64,000 nucleotides of DNA, taken from NCBI GenBank assembly GCA_964450605.1, contig CAYVEK010000002.1:14384-78383 (forward strand). Direction: 5' to 3'. The notes beneath the pieces are model-generated. The model was not told the origin of the DNA. It did not search any database and saw only the letters and a list, made by a program, of their open reading frames with translations. Position numbers and translations under genes: made by a program. The first letter of the stretch is position 1, and the number at the start of each line of letters is the position of its first letter. Of this stretch, positions 28,866 through 38,294 are shown piece by piece. This DNA comes from an uncultured Candidatus Saccharibacteria bacterium. Its GTDB lineage: Bacteria; Patescibacteriota; Minisyncoccia; Phycocordibacterales; CAIZLB01.

Positions 28866-29360
28866 ATGTTCCAAAAAGTGATCTTTATATTTCTCATACT
28901 AGGTTTATCATTCTTTTTATACCTACTCAAAACTGGAGAGATAAATCAAGAAAAATTTAATATTAAAAATTTTCAAAAACCTGTTCATTTTGAAATCAAA
29001 AAAGATGTTTCCAAAGATGATCTTGGAAACAGTATCTCTGATATAAAACTTGTTATTAATTCTGTTGAATATCCTATCTATAGTTTTATAAAAAGTGAAT
29101 TTACACAGGTACCTCGCATGGCTTATCCTGAGAAAAAGTTTTTGATTCCTGGTTATGCGAAAGATGCAGTAAGTGGTACTTGGCTTGGTACTCGGTATAC
29201 ATTTTACGTAACAGAAGATAAAACAGAAGCAGGAACTACATATCGTGTATATAGATCAATACAACCAAGCGATAGTACACAAGAGCCAACATACTCTATG
29301 GTAAAAGATATAACTCTTGAGAAAAAGAAAAATACAGAGAGCGATGCTCCGCTGTATTAG
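28866..29360 (+). CDS. Hypothetical protein with N-terminal membrane anchor
   Basis: Hydrophobic N-terminus; TGtTATACT box 6 nt before the ATG. Confidence 0.75.
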   Translation: MFQKVIFIFLILGLSFFLYLLKTGEINQEKFNIKNFQKPVHFEIKKDVSKDDLGNSISDIKLVINSVEYPIYSFIKSEFTQVPRMAYPEKKFLIPGYAKDAVSGTWLGTRYTFYVTEDKTEAGTTYRVYRSIQPSDSTQEPTYSMVKDITLEKKKNTESDAPLY

Positions 29361-29380
29361 TCTTTCTTTACTGTTGTAGA

Positions 29381-29845
29381 TTATACAAACAAATCGTCTA
29401 CTGCTTTTTTAACAACTGTTCCGTCGGCCTTCCCTTTTAGATCTTTCATGATCTCTGCCATCAATCGTCCTACATCTTTTTTATCTGTTATACCAAGTTC
29501 AGCTTTTTTAGCTTCAACATGTTTTTTAACATCTTCTTCACTCATAAGAGCTGGGAGTAGAACTTCTAGATACTTTAACTCTTCTTGTTCAATGTCAGCA
29601 AGATCTTGTCGTCCTCCAGCTATAAACTGCTCAATAGCATCTTTTCGCTGTTTAACTTGTCGTCGGATAACAGCAATAGTTTCTTCATCGTTTAATGTAT
29701 CCTGAGGCATACGACCTTTAGCTACAAGTTCATTCGTACAAGCAGCTGAAAGGTTTCGCATTACAGAAAGACGAGTTGCGTCTTTTGCAAGCATTGCTTC
29801 TTTGATTTGTGCCTTAATAGAGGCAAATAATGTTGTTTCTGTCAT
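29381..29845 (-). CDS. GatB/YqeY domain protein
   Basis: IKEAMLAKD..RLS, KQRKDAIEQF..GGRQDL, GKADG. Confidence 0.92.
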   Translation of the reverse strand: MTETTLFASIKAQIKEAMLAKDATRLSVMRNLSAACTNELVAKGRMPQDTLNDEETIAVIRRQVKQRKDAIEQFIAGGRQDLADIEQEELKYLEVLLPALMSEEDVKKHVEAKKAELGITDKKDVGRLMAEIMKDLKGKADGTVVKKAVDDLFV

Positions 29846-29872
29846 GTGGGCAGTATAGCATAGATATGACTC

Positions 29873-29910
29873 AAAAACACCCAGCTTTTGATAAAAAGCT
29901 GGGTGTTTTT
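29873..29910. terminator. Terminator after rpoC
   Basis: 17-bp inverted repeat AAAAACACCCAGCTTTT...AAAAGCTGGGTGTTTTT. Confidence 0.88.
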
Positions 29911-29922
29911 TTGTTTTTTACT

Positions 29923-32900
29923 TTAGTCTAGATCTCCGCCAAATCGTTTCATTGTTCCCACCTCTGGTTCTGCAAATTCATCTGCATGAAGAGCTGCAAT
30001 CTCGGCTTGTATGTCAGCAACAGCTTGCTGTTTCATACTTCCAACAAAACCTGTTCCAACAGGAATCAAACGACCAATAAGAGTGTTTTCCATAATACCG
30101 TATAGTGGATCATGCTGTCCTTTTAGAGATGCATTTACCAAGATTCGGTTTGTGTTTTGGAATGACGCGGCTGCTAGGAAACTCTGTCGATTAAGTGACG
30201 CTTCTGCGGTACCCATGATAATATGTCTACCTTTGATTGGCATCTTACCCTCTGCCTCCAGTCTTTCGTTTGCAGTAACGAACTCAAATGTTTCGATAAC
30301 ATCTCCTTCTGAGTACTCACTATCACCTTTGTTTGTGATTTTGATTCGGTTGAACATCTCTCGAACGATAATCTCGATATGTTTTCGAGAAAGACCATCT
30401 CCCTGTAGCTCATAAATCTTTTTCACCTCATCGATGATATATGCCTGTGCAACATCTCGTCCTGCATAGTCATACAACATATCAACATCAACAGAACCAT
30501 CAGTCATGATTTGTCCTTTTGACACATGCTGTCCAACTTTTACATTTGGAATACGTGCATAGTGGAATACATACTCGATCTCACTTCCTTTCTTAGCGTT
30601 TTTGGCTGGAACATCTGGAAGAACTCGTATAAGTTTTTCATGACCTTTATCGATTACTGCTGTAACAACTCCGTCTACTGAAGCAAGAGCTGCAGCATTT
30701 TTAGGAGTTCGGTTTTCAAAGAGTTCTTCAACTCGTGGAAGACCGGCTGTAATATCTCCTCCTGCAACAGCAACTCCTCCGGCGTGGAATGTACGCATTG
30801 TAAGCTGTGTTCCTGGCTCTCCGATGGCTTGTGCAGCAACTGTTCCCACAGACTCTCCAACATCAATAATCGCGCCTGTTGAAAGGTCAGCACCGTAACA
30901 ATGAGCACACACACCTCGTTTTGTTTTACATCCAAGTGGAGATCGAACATCAACTTCATTTACTCCTGCCTTTTCTATAATCTGAGCATCTGCTTTAGAC
31001 AGAACATGTCCTTTTTTGAAGATTACATTTCCTGATACATCAACCACATCTTTGGCAACTGTTCGACTAAATAGATTTTTAGCAAAGTTTGTTTGAATAC
31101 CTGACGCCGTTGCCTTTGTCATAGTAATAAAATCTTTTGTCTTACAATCATCTTCTGTAACCATCACACTTTGTGCTACCACGAACAATTTTCGAGTTAG
31201 ATAACCAGCCTTAGCTGTGTTCAAGGCGGTATCGGTCATACCTTTTCGAGCACCGTGTGTTGAAACGAAGTACTCAATAGGTGTTAGACCTTCTTTAAAT
31301 GAAGAACGGATAGGAAGTTCAATAGTTGTTCCCTGTGCCGTAGCGATCAGACCTTTCATACCAACCATCTGGTTAATGTTACCCCAAGAACCTCGAGCTC
31401 CTGATGCCATGATATCTGCAACAGGGTTTTTTGATTCAAAGTTAACAGGAATCAATTTCTCAATCTGTGACTGTGTATCTTGCCACAATTTAACAATCTT
31501 CATATGTTTTTCATCTTCTGACAAAAGACCAGAATCATATGCATCTTGCACTTTATCAGCAACAACCTGGGCGTCTGACAAAACTTTATATTTTGTATCA
31601 GGAATAATGGTGTCTGAAATACTCCATGTGATACCTGACTTTGTTGCAAACGCAAATCCAAACCGTTTAATAGAGTCAATAAGTGGCGCAATACTATCTT
31701 TTCCTTTTGAAATTACAAGGTCATCTATTAACGCATTCATTACTGATTTATTAATAGGCTTGTTGATGTACTGAACATCATGAGGAAGAAGTTGGTTAAA
31801 CAAGATTCGTCCAACAGTTGTATCTATTAGTTTTCCTGCGTATTCACCATACTTCACAGCATCATCTGGCATCATTACTTTGATAGGAGCTCGATATGAT
31901 ACAACTCCGTGATCAAGAGCTGTGATAGCTGCCTCTGGTGATTCAAAATATTTGTCTGCACCTATCTCATCTGAAGCAATCTTTGTTGCCCAGAATGATC
32001 CAAGTACGATGTCCAACATTTTGTTTGTTACTGTTGCATCTCCTGAACCTGGTTTCAAGATGTTTTTATCTGACGCCATGATCTGATGTGCTTCGTACTG
32101 AGCCTCAGCTGATAGAGGAACGTGTACTGACATAGTATCTCCGTCGAAGTCAGCGTTAAATGGAGAACATACAAGTGGGTGAATCTGAATAGCATTTCCT
32201 TCGATCAAGATCGGCTGAAATGCTTGAACAGATAGTCGGTGAAGTGTTGGGGCTCGGTTTAGAAGAACGTATTTGTCTTTAATAACATCTTCTAGGATTT
32301 CCCAAACTTCTGCGGATTGATCTTCTATCATTCGACTTGCACCTTTGATGTTAAAGGCAAGTTCTTTTTTCAAGATTTCTGATATTACAAATGGTTTGAA
32401 CAATTCAAGAGCCATGTGTTTTGGAAGACCACACTGATTAAATTTTAGATCTGGACCTACAACGATAACTGATCGTCCTGAGTAGTCTACTCGTTTACCG
32501 AGCAAGTTTTGTCGGAACAAACCTCGCTTTCCTTTTAGGTTGTCAGCAATAGATTTAAGAGGTCGTTTCTGTGCAGGGTTTACACCTGAATACGCAGCAC
32601 TATTACCTTTCATTGAGTTATCAAGAAGAGCATCAACAGCTTCTTGCAGAATTCGTTTTTCGTTTCGAAGAATAACATCTGGAGCTTTGATCTCAAATAG
32701 TTTTTTCAATCGATTGTTTCGGTTGATCACTCGTCGATATAGATCGTTTACATCAGAAGTAGCCTGTCGTCCTCCATCAAGAGCAACCATAGGTCGAAGT
32801 GCAGCTGGAATAACTGGAAGAGCTCTGATAAATGTCCACTCTGGTCGAACATGAGCTTTAATCATTGCATCGATAAAACCAAGTCGTCGAATTATTTTCT

Positions 32901-33660
32901 CTCGCTCAGCAGCACCTGCTTTTTCCATATCAACAAGCAATCGTTTCTGTAGATCTTGAAGATCAAGTCCTGAAAGAAGGGCGTGTATAGCTTCTCCTCC
33001 GATACCTGCTTCAAAAGCACTACCGAACTTATATGAGAACTTGTGATACTGATTTTCATCAAGCACTTTTCCTGGCTGTAGAAGATCAATCTCTTGTTTT
33101 GTTGCTGTCATCAAATCAAGCAATGCTTTCTTTGTTTTCTCGTCAACAATAGTTTTCATCTTAAGCTTAAACTCATCATCAAGCTCTTTGTGTAGTCGTC
33201 CTTTTTCTTTCTCGTCTACTTTTGTAATCAAGTATCCAGCAAAGTATACAACTTTCTCTACATCTCCGGCATTCATACCTAGAATAGTTGCTATTCGAGA
33301 AGGCATGTTTTTTAAATACCAGATATGAGCAACAGGAACACATAGTTCGATATGGCCCATTCGCTCTCGTCGAACGATGGCTCGTGTTATCTCAACTCCA
33401 CATTTTTCACAAATGATTCCTTTGTATCGTATTCCTTTATATTTTCCACAATAACATTCATAATCTTTTTCTGGACCAAAAATCTTTTCACAGAAAAGAC
33501 CATCTCGTTCACTTCGCTGTGTTCGATAGTTCATTGTTTCTGGTCGTCGTACTTCTCCTCGAGACCATGCTCGGATTCGATCAGGTGATGCGAGTTTTAT
33601 AAATACTGACTCGATATCATCAACAGAAGATTTTGTTTGAGGTTTTTTATTTGGCAACAT
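29923..33660 (-). CDS. rpoC: RNA polymerase beta' subunit
   Basis: GLFCEKIFGP, RRERMGHIEL, NLLGKRVDYSGRSVIV, NADFDGD, GEPGTQLTMRTFH. Confidence 0.99.
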   Translation of the reverse strand: MLPNKKPQTKSSVDDIESVFIKLASPDRIRAWSRGEVRRPETMNYRTQRSERDGLFCEKIFGPEKDYECYCGKYKGIRYKGIICEKCGVEITRAIVRRERMGHIELCVPVAHIWYLKNMPSRIATILGMNAGDVEKVVYFAGYLITKVDEKEKGRLHKELDDEFKLKMKTIVDEKTKKALLDLMTATKQEIDLLQPGKVLDENQYHKFSYKFGSAFEAGIGGEAIHALLSGLDLQDLQKRLLVDMEKAGAAEREKIIRRLGFIDAMIKAHVRPEWTFIRALPVIPAALRPMVALDGGRQATSDVNDLYRRVINRNNRLKKLFEIKAPDVILRNEKRILQEAVDALLDNSMKGNSAAYSGVNPAQKRPLKSIADNLKGKRGLFRQNLLGKRVDYSGRSVIVVGPDLKFNQCGLPKHMALELFKPFVISEILKKELAFNIKGASRMIEDQSAEVWEILEDVIKDKYVLLNRAPTLHRLSVQAFQPILIEGNAIQIHPLVCSPFNADFDGDTMSVHVPLSAEAQYEAHQIMASDKNILKPGSGDATVTNKMLDIVLGSFWATKIASDEIGADKYFESPEAAITALDHGVVSYRAPIKVMMPDDAVKYGEYAGKLIDTTVGRILFNQLLPHDVQYINKPINKSVMNALIDDLVISKGKDSIAPLIDSIKRFGFAFATKSGITWSISDTIIPDTKYKVLSDAQVVADKVQDAYDSGLLSEDEKHMKIVKLWQDTQSQIEKLIPVNFESKNPVADIMASGARGSWGNINQMVGMKGLIATAQGTTIELPIRSSFKEGLTPIEYFVSTHGARKGMTDTALNTAKAGYLTRKLFVVAQSVMVTEDDCKTKDFITMTKATASGIQTNFAKNLFSRTVAKDVVDVSGNVIFKKGHVLSKADAQIIEKAGVNEVDVRSPLGCKTKRGVCAHCYGADLSTGAIIDVGESVGTVAAQAIGEPGTQLTMRTFHAGGVAVAGGDITAGLPRVEELFENRTPKNAAALASVDGVVTAVIDKGHEKLIRVLPDVPAKNAKKGSEIEYVFHYARIPNVKVGQHVSKGQIMTDGSVDVDMLYDYAGRDVAQAYIIDEVKKIYELQGDGLSRKHIEIIVREMFNRIKITNKGDSEYSEGDVIETFEFVTANERLEAEGKMPIKGRHIIMGTAEASLNRQSFLAAASFQNTNRILVNASLKGQHDPLYGIMENTLIGRLIPVGTGFVGSMKQQAVADIQAEIAALHADEFAEPEVGTMKRFGGDLD

Positions 33661-33707
33661 ATATTTTATTTGTTGTTATGTTAATCAATTAATAGATGTG
33701 TTAAGAA

Positions 33708-36700
33708 TTATTCTTCTTTTGTATCAGCACCCATCTCTTCTTCTTCAACAAGACCTTCTACGTCTTCCTCGTCGACACCATCGAGTTCTGAAGTGTGAAT
33801 TTGTACTTTTGTTCCGTCATGTCCAACGTCAAGTCCTATGTCAAGTGGTCTACCATCTTTACTATCAAAACCAACATCGATACATAGACCTCGAAGGTTT
33901 GAAAGCAACACGTTAAATGATGCTGGCGTGTTTGGATCACTCAATGTTTCTCCTTTCACAATAGCGTCATACGCCGCTGAACGTCCTTGAATATCATCAG
34001 ACTTGATAGTGAGCATTTCTCGCAATGTGTGTGAAGCACCATAACCTGCAAGAGCCCACACTTCCATCTCTCCGAATCGCTGTCCTCCACCTTGAGCTTT
34101 ACCTCCAAGTGGCTGTTGAGTGATAAGTGAGTATGGTCCAGTTGATCGAGCATGTATCTTGTCTTCCACCATGTGGTGAAGTTTAAGCATGTACATGTAT
34201 CCAACTGCAACATCCTGTCCAAAGGCTTCTCCTGTTCGTCCATCAAATAATTTCATTTTTCCTGAACGATTGTATCCAGCTTTTTCAAGTTCGTCTTGTA
34301 CTTCATCAGGTGTAGGACCCATGAAGGCAGGAACGATAGCTTGGTAACCTTGTTTTGCAGCGGCAAGACCGAGGTGAAGTTCTAGAATCTGTCCCAAGTT
34401 CATACGTGATGGCACACCAAGCGGTGTTAGAATCATATCTACTGGTGTTCCGTCAGCCATGTATGGCATATCTTCAACAGGAAGAACTCGAGAGATAACT
34501 CCTTTGTTTCCGTGTCGTCCAGCAAGTTTATCTCCAACTGAGATATTTCGAAGAAGAGCAACTTCGATATAGATTCGTTTGATGATTCCTGATTCTAGTT
34601 TGTCTCCTTTTTCTCGTGTAAATACTTTTACTCCGATAACTCGTCCTCGTTTTCCGTTTTCAAGTCTCTTTGATGTATCTTTTACATCTCGAGCTCGATC
34701 ACCGAAAATAGATCGTAGAAGTCTTTCTTCTGGTGTAAGTTGTGTTTCTGTTTTTGGAGTAATCTTTCCAACAAGAATATCTCCAGGTCGAACCTCAGCA
34801 CCGATACGTACGATACCTTCTGCATCAAGATCTTTTAGTTTAGCTTCTGATACGTTTGGTATATCACATGTGTTTACCTCAGGTCCTAGTTTTGTATCTC
34901 GAACGTTTATTACAAACTCTTCGATATGTATAGATGTAAACTTAGACTGCTTTACAAGGTTTTCAGATATAATGATGGCATCCTCGTAGTTTGCTCCACT
35001 CCATGCAAGAAAGGCAATAAGAATGTTTTGTCCAAGCGCAGCCTCTCCTTGTACTGATGTTGAAGTATCAGCAAGAACATCACCTCGTTTTACTTTTTGT
35101 CCAAGAGACACTACTGGTCGCTGATGGAATACTGTAAACTGGTTTGTTTTGTTAAAGATAGCAAGTTTGAACTTTGTCTCTCGCTTTCCTTTAAGTGTAA
35201 TAGATGATGCATCTACCTGTACAATCTCTCCATCTTCTGGTGCAAGAATAACTCGTCCTGTATCTCGAGCAGCTGTTTCTTCAATACCTGTTGCAACATA
35301 TGCTGCTTCTGGCACGATACAAGGTGTAGCCTGCTTCTGCATGTTTGATCCCATGAGTGCTCGGTTGGCGTCGTCATGGTTCACAAATGGAATCATGGCT
35401 GTAGAGATAGAGAATGGTTGTTCTGGTGCAACGTCGATAAGATCGATCTCTCCTTTAGGAACAACGATAGGATCTCCTTTTAGTCGAACCTCAACCATTT
35501 CATCCAAAATAACTCCATCTTTATCATATCGAACAGCGGCGTGAGCAATCTTGTAACCTTCTTCCTGAAGAGCATCTAGATATACAACCTCTTTTGTAAC
35601 TTTTCCATTTTTAACTTTTACATATGGAGTTTCAATCATTCCAAAATGGTTAACTTTGGCATATGCAGCTAAGTGCAATACAAGACCAATGTTTTGTCCT
35701 TCAGGTGTATGGATAGGACACACTCGTCCGTAGTGAGAAGGATGAACGTCTCGAACTTCTACTCCAGCTCGATCTCGAGTAAGACCTCCTTGTCCTAGAG
35801 CTGTTACGATTCGTAGGTTCTCAAGCTCAGCCAAAATGTTTTCCTGACTCATGAACTGTGACAACTGGTTTGTACTAAAGTACTCTTTAATACGAGCCTG
35901 TAGTGGTCGTGGAGAGATAAGTTGCATTGGCTGTCGAACATCTGTCTCGATAGTAGACATACGGTTCTGAATGTTTTTCTTAATCTGAAGCAATGCAAAA
36001 CGAACTTTTTGCTGTAACTGCTCTCCTACAAACTTCACTCGTCGTGATCCAAGGTGATCTACATCATCAACTTCAGCAGCTCCGTCTGGACTGTGAGTCA
36101 TAGTTGCGATCTGATCTATAAGTGTTGCAAAATCATCAAGATTTAGAGTTGTTCGCGCAAGCTCTTTAGGCTCCATTGATTTTCCAAATCGACTATTAAA
36201 TCGGAATCGTCCAACTGGTGATAAGTCATATCGATCAGCCTTAAATAGCGCTTCAAAAAATTCTTTTGCGTTTTGTGCTGTAGCAAGCTCACCATCTCGC
36301 ATCTTTTTATAGATTTCGATATATGCTTCGTCTACTGTTTTTGCATGGTCTTTAGCAAGTGTATGCTCGATAAATGCCTTTGCGTGAGGATTTGATTTGA
36401 ACAGTTCTTTAATATCAGAATCTGTATGTGCTCCGAATGCTCGTAGTAATGTTGTAACTGGAAACTTTCGCTTTTTATCCATTCGAACATAGATAGCTCC
36501 ATCTGTGTCTGTCTCTATCTCTATCCATGAACCTCGATTTGGAATAATCTTAGCGCCTAGATATGTTCGTCCTTTAGCTTCTTGTGAAGTAAAGAAAGCT
36601 CCGAAAGATCGTGCGATCTGTGGAACAATACATCTTTCAATACCATTAATAATGAAAGTACCGTGCTCAGTCATCATAGGCAAATCTGCCATGAACAATT

Positions 36701-37004
36701 CTTGCTCATGTTCTGATCCGGTTACTTTGTTAACAAGTTTTATAGAAGCTTTGATTGTAGCTTCATAGTTTAACTTGTTTTCCTTTGCATAAAATTCATC
36801 GTATTTTGGACGATCAAGTCTCATTCCTTCGAATCGGAACTCGAACTTCTTCTCAGTATAGTCTTTGATAGATGCAAATTCGGCAAAAACTTCTGCCAAA
36901 CCTTTCTCCAAAAACCACTTGTAGGAATGTATCTGATTTTCTACAAGATTTGGTAATGGCGCAAGCGCCTCACGATACCGTGAAAAGTATTTCTTTTTCA
37001 ACAT
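33708..37004 (-). CDS. rpoB: RNA polymerase beta subunit
   Basis: GTFIINGIER, SQFM, VRDVHPSHYGR, RALMGSNMQ, GDKLAGRHGNKG, GQRFGEMEVWAL. Confidence 0.99.
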   Translation of the reverse strand: MLKKKYFSRYREALAPLPNLVENQIHSYKWFLEKGLAEVFAEFASIKDYTEKKFEFRFEGMRLDRPKYDEFYAKENKLNYEATIKASIKLVNKVTGSEHEQELFMADLPMMTEHGTFIINGIERCIVPQIARSFGAFFTSQEAKGRTYLGAKIIPNRGSWIEIETDTDGAIYVRMDKKRKFPVTTLLRAFGAHTDSDIKELFKSNPHAKAFIEHTLAKDHAKTVDEAYIEIYKKMRDGELATAQNAKEFFEALFKADRYDLSPVGRFRFNSRFGKSMEPKELARTTLNLDDFATLIDQIATMTHSPDGAAEVDDVDHLGSRRVKFVGEQLQQKVRFALLQIKKNIQNRMSTIETDVRQPMQLISPRPLQARIKEYFSTNQLSQFMSQENILAELENLRIVTALGQGGLTRDRAGVEVRDVHPSHYGRVCPIHTPEGQNIGLVLHLAAYAKVNHFGMIETPYVKVKNGKVTKEVVYLDALQEEGYKIAHAAVRYDKDGVILDEMVEVRLKGDPIVVPKGEIDLIDVAPEQPFSISTAMIPFVNHDDANRALMGSNMQKQATPCIVPEAAYVATGIEETAARDTGRVILAPEDGEIVQVDASSITLKGKRETKFKLAIFNKTNQFTVFHQRPVVSLGQKVKRGDVLADTSTSVQGEAALGQNILIAFLAWSGANYEDAIIISENLVKQSKFTSIHIEEFVINVRDTKLGPEVNTCDIPNVSEAKLKDLDAEGIVRIGAEVRPGDILVGKITPKTETQLTPEERLLRSIFGDRARDVKDTSKRLENGKRGRVIGVKVFTREKGDKLESGIIKRIYIEVALLRNISVGDKLAGRHGNKGVISRVLPVEDMPYMADGTPVDMILTPLGVPSRMNLGQILELHLGLAAAKQGYQAIVPAFMGPTPDEVQDELEKAGYNRSGKMKLFDGRTGEAFGQDVAVGYMYMLKLHHMVEDKIHARSTGPYSLITQQPLGGKAQGGGQRFGEMEVWALAGYGASHTLREMLTIKSDDIQGRSAAYDAIVKGETLSDPNTPASFNVLLSNLRGLCIDVGFDSKDGRPLDIGLDVGHDGTKVQIHTSELDGVDEEDVEGLVEEEEMGADTKEE

Positions 37005-37088
37005 AAAAATGTCCGGAAAAGTATGTAGTTTTAGATTTAATAAAAGCGAAAAAGTCTATCGGTACTCAATCGTTTTACGCTAGGGTTG

Positions 37089-37117
37089 ACTGTAGCATGT
37101 TTCGGCTTGATTTGCAA
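37089..37117 (-). promoter_or_regulatory. rpoBC promoter
   Basis: TTGCAA-17 nt-TACAGT with extended TG, about 85 nt upstream of the rpoB ATG. Confidence 0.6.
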
Positions 37118-37253
37118 GGGGTTTTTGAAGGTTTGAGCGGTCTTCTGTGGGTTTACTGGTGGCATGTTGACAACATGTACATAAAAATGGTTTAATAACA
37201 TCACCTTAAGACCTCAGTGGTCAAGGTATGAACCATTCACAGCCTAATAAAAC

Positions 37254-37652
37254 ATGCAACGCATTAACTGGATAATTAGTCAAAATACCGTCCAAGTACC
37301 CAACCTCCAACAGATCGGCAACTTGATGCAGATGGCCATCGGCATAATCTCCTGTCATCAGTTAGGATTATTGTGCCCCAAAAACGATGTTATACACGAG
37401 CAAACTGCTACGACCTCAGTTTCCGGGATAGATCTGCAACAGGTATCAGTGCAGCCAGACATCTATCAAACAGACAAGAAAACACTGCTATATTCTCAGC
37501 AGGTACAACCTTACGGATACTGGCTGGAAATCAATTTCTGCGAGGGTTCGGCCTCGCTTGATGCAGATCGCGCAGAATCACCGACCGGAGAATACTACGA
37601 AGTGACCATCGGTGAATTGTTGGAAGGAGTCAGCTGGACCAACCCAAACTGA
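37254..37652 (+). CDS. Orphan hypothetical protein (132 aa, Gln-rich)
   Basis: ORF bounded by a TTGACA promoter (37167), a leader hairpin and a terminator; codon style differs from neighbours. Confidence 0.6.
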   Translation: MQRINWIISQNTVQVPNLQQIGNLMQMAIGIISCHQLGLLCPKNDVIHEQTATTSVSGIDLQQVSVQPDIYQTDKKTLLYSQQVQPYGYWLEINFCEGSASLDADRAESPTGEYYEVTIGELLEGVSWTNPN

Positions 37653-37670
37653 TCACCGCCCAAAATCCAA

Positions 37671-37708
37671 CCACCCCCGGACCTCACGGTCCGCGGGTGG
37701 GATTTTTT
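37671..37708 (+). terminator. GC-rich terminator
   Basis: CCACCCCCGGACC-tcac-GGTCCGCGGGTGG followed by GATTTTTT. Confidence 0.8.
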
Positions 37709-37717
37709 ATTTCCCCT

Positions 37718-38287
37718 CTACATCTTCGCCCTTCCCTTCACCATATTCAAAAACTTCTGCAAATACGTCTCATCTCTTTTATATTTTTCGTGTAAAACCT
37801 TAAATGTTGCTGGTTTTACTCCACAGAAACGAAGTATACCTAGATTCCAGATAGTCCGAAATGGTACTGCCATAAGCCAGTATAGCCACATACGACCATC
37901 ACAGGTTATGAAAACATGACCTTTTTTACCTTTAAGCATTCCAACTGGCCAACCGTTTTTATAATAAAAAGCAAACTTAGCACTGATATTTATATCAATA
38001 AAGTTTTTCATGATGGCAGGCATACCCATCCACCACAGTGGATGTATGAAAACAAGTTCACTCGCCTCTGTTATCTTTTGTTGTATGGCTGTACGTATAG
38101 GATCAGCTTTGGCCATGTCGGATTTTTCTTCGTATGAAAGAAAATCTTGTTTTAGATTTGTTTTGTAGAGATCGATAATTTCAACTTCTTTTCCAACCTC
38201 TCGAGCACCTTCAGCAAATGCACCAGCGATACGGTGAGTAAAACCTTTTGAACTCGGATGTGCGGTAATTATAAGTACTTTTGTCAT
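37718..38287 (-). CDS. Flavodoxin-like NAD(P)H-dependent oxidoreductase
   Basis: VLIITAHP, IIDLY, HPLWWMGMPAIMKNFID, LKGKK. Confidence 0.9.
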   Translation of the reverse strand: MTKVLIITAHPSSKGFTHRIAGAFAEGAREVGKEVEIIDLYKTNLKQDFLSYEEKSDMAKADPIRTAIQQKITEASELVFIHPLWWMGMPAIMKNFIDINISAKFAFYYKNGWPVGMLKGKKGHVFITCDGRMWLYWLMAVPFRTIWNLGILRFCGVKPATFKVLHEKYKRDETYLQKFLNMVKGRAKM

Positions 38288-38294
38288 ATACACT

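Noticed and set aside
28706-28960. 84-aa ORF starting at GTG
   Set aside because: The start is buried in an 18-bp stem, and the ORF crosses a terminator and overlaps the next gene by 95 nt.
29923-37004. Numerous 60-185 aa ORFs overlapping rpoBC (and likewise secDF, uvrAB, secA)
   Set aside because: Antisense or off-frame shadows of conserved genes with no motifs or expression signals.
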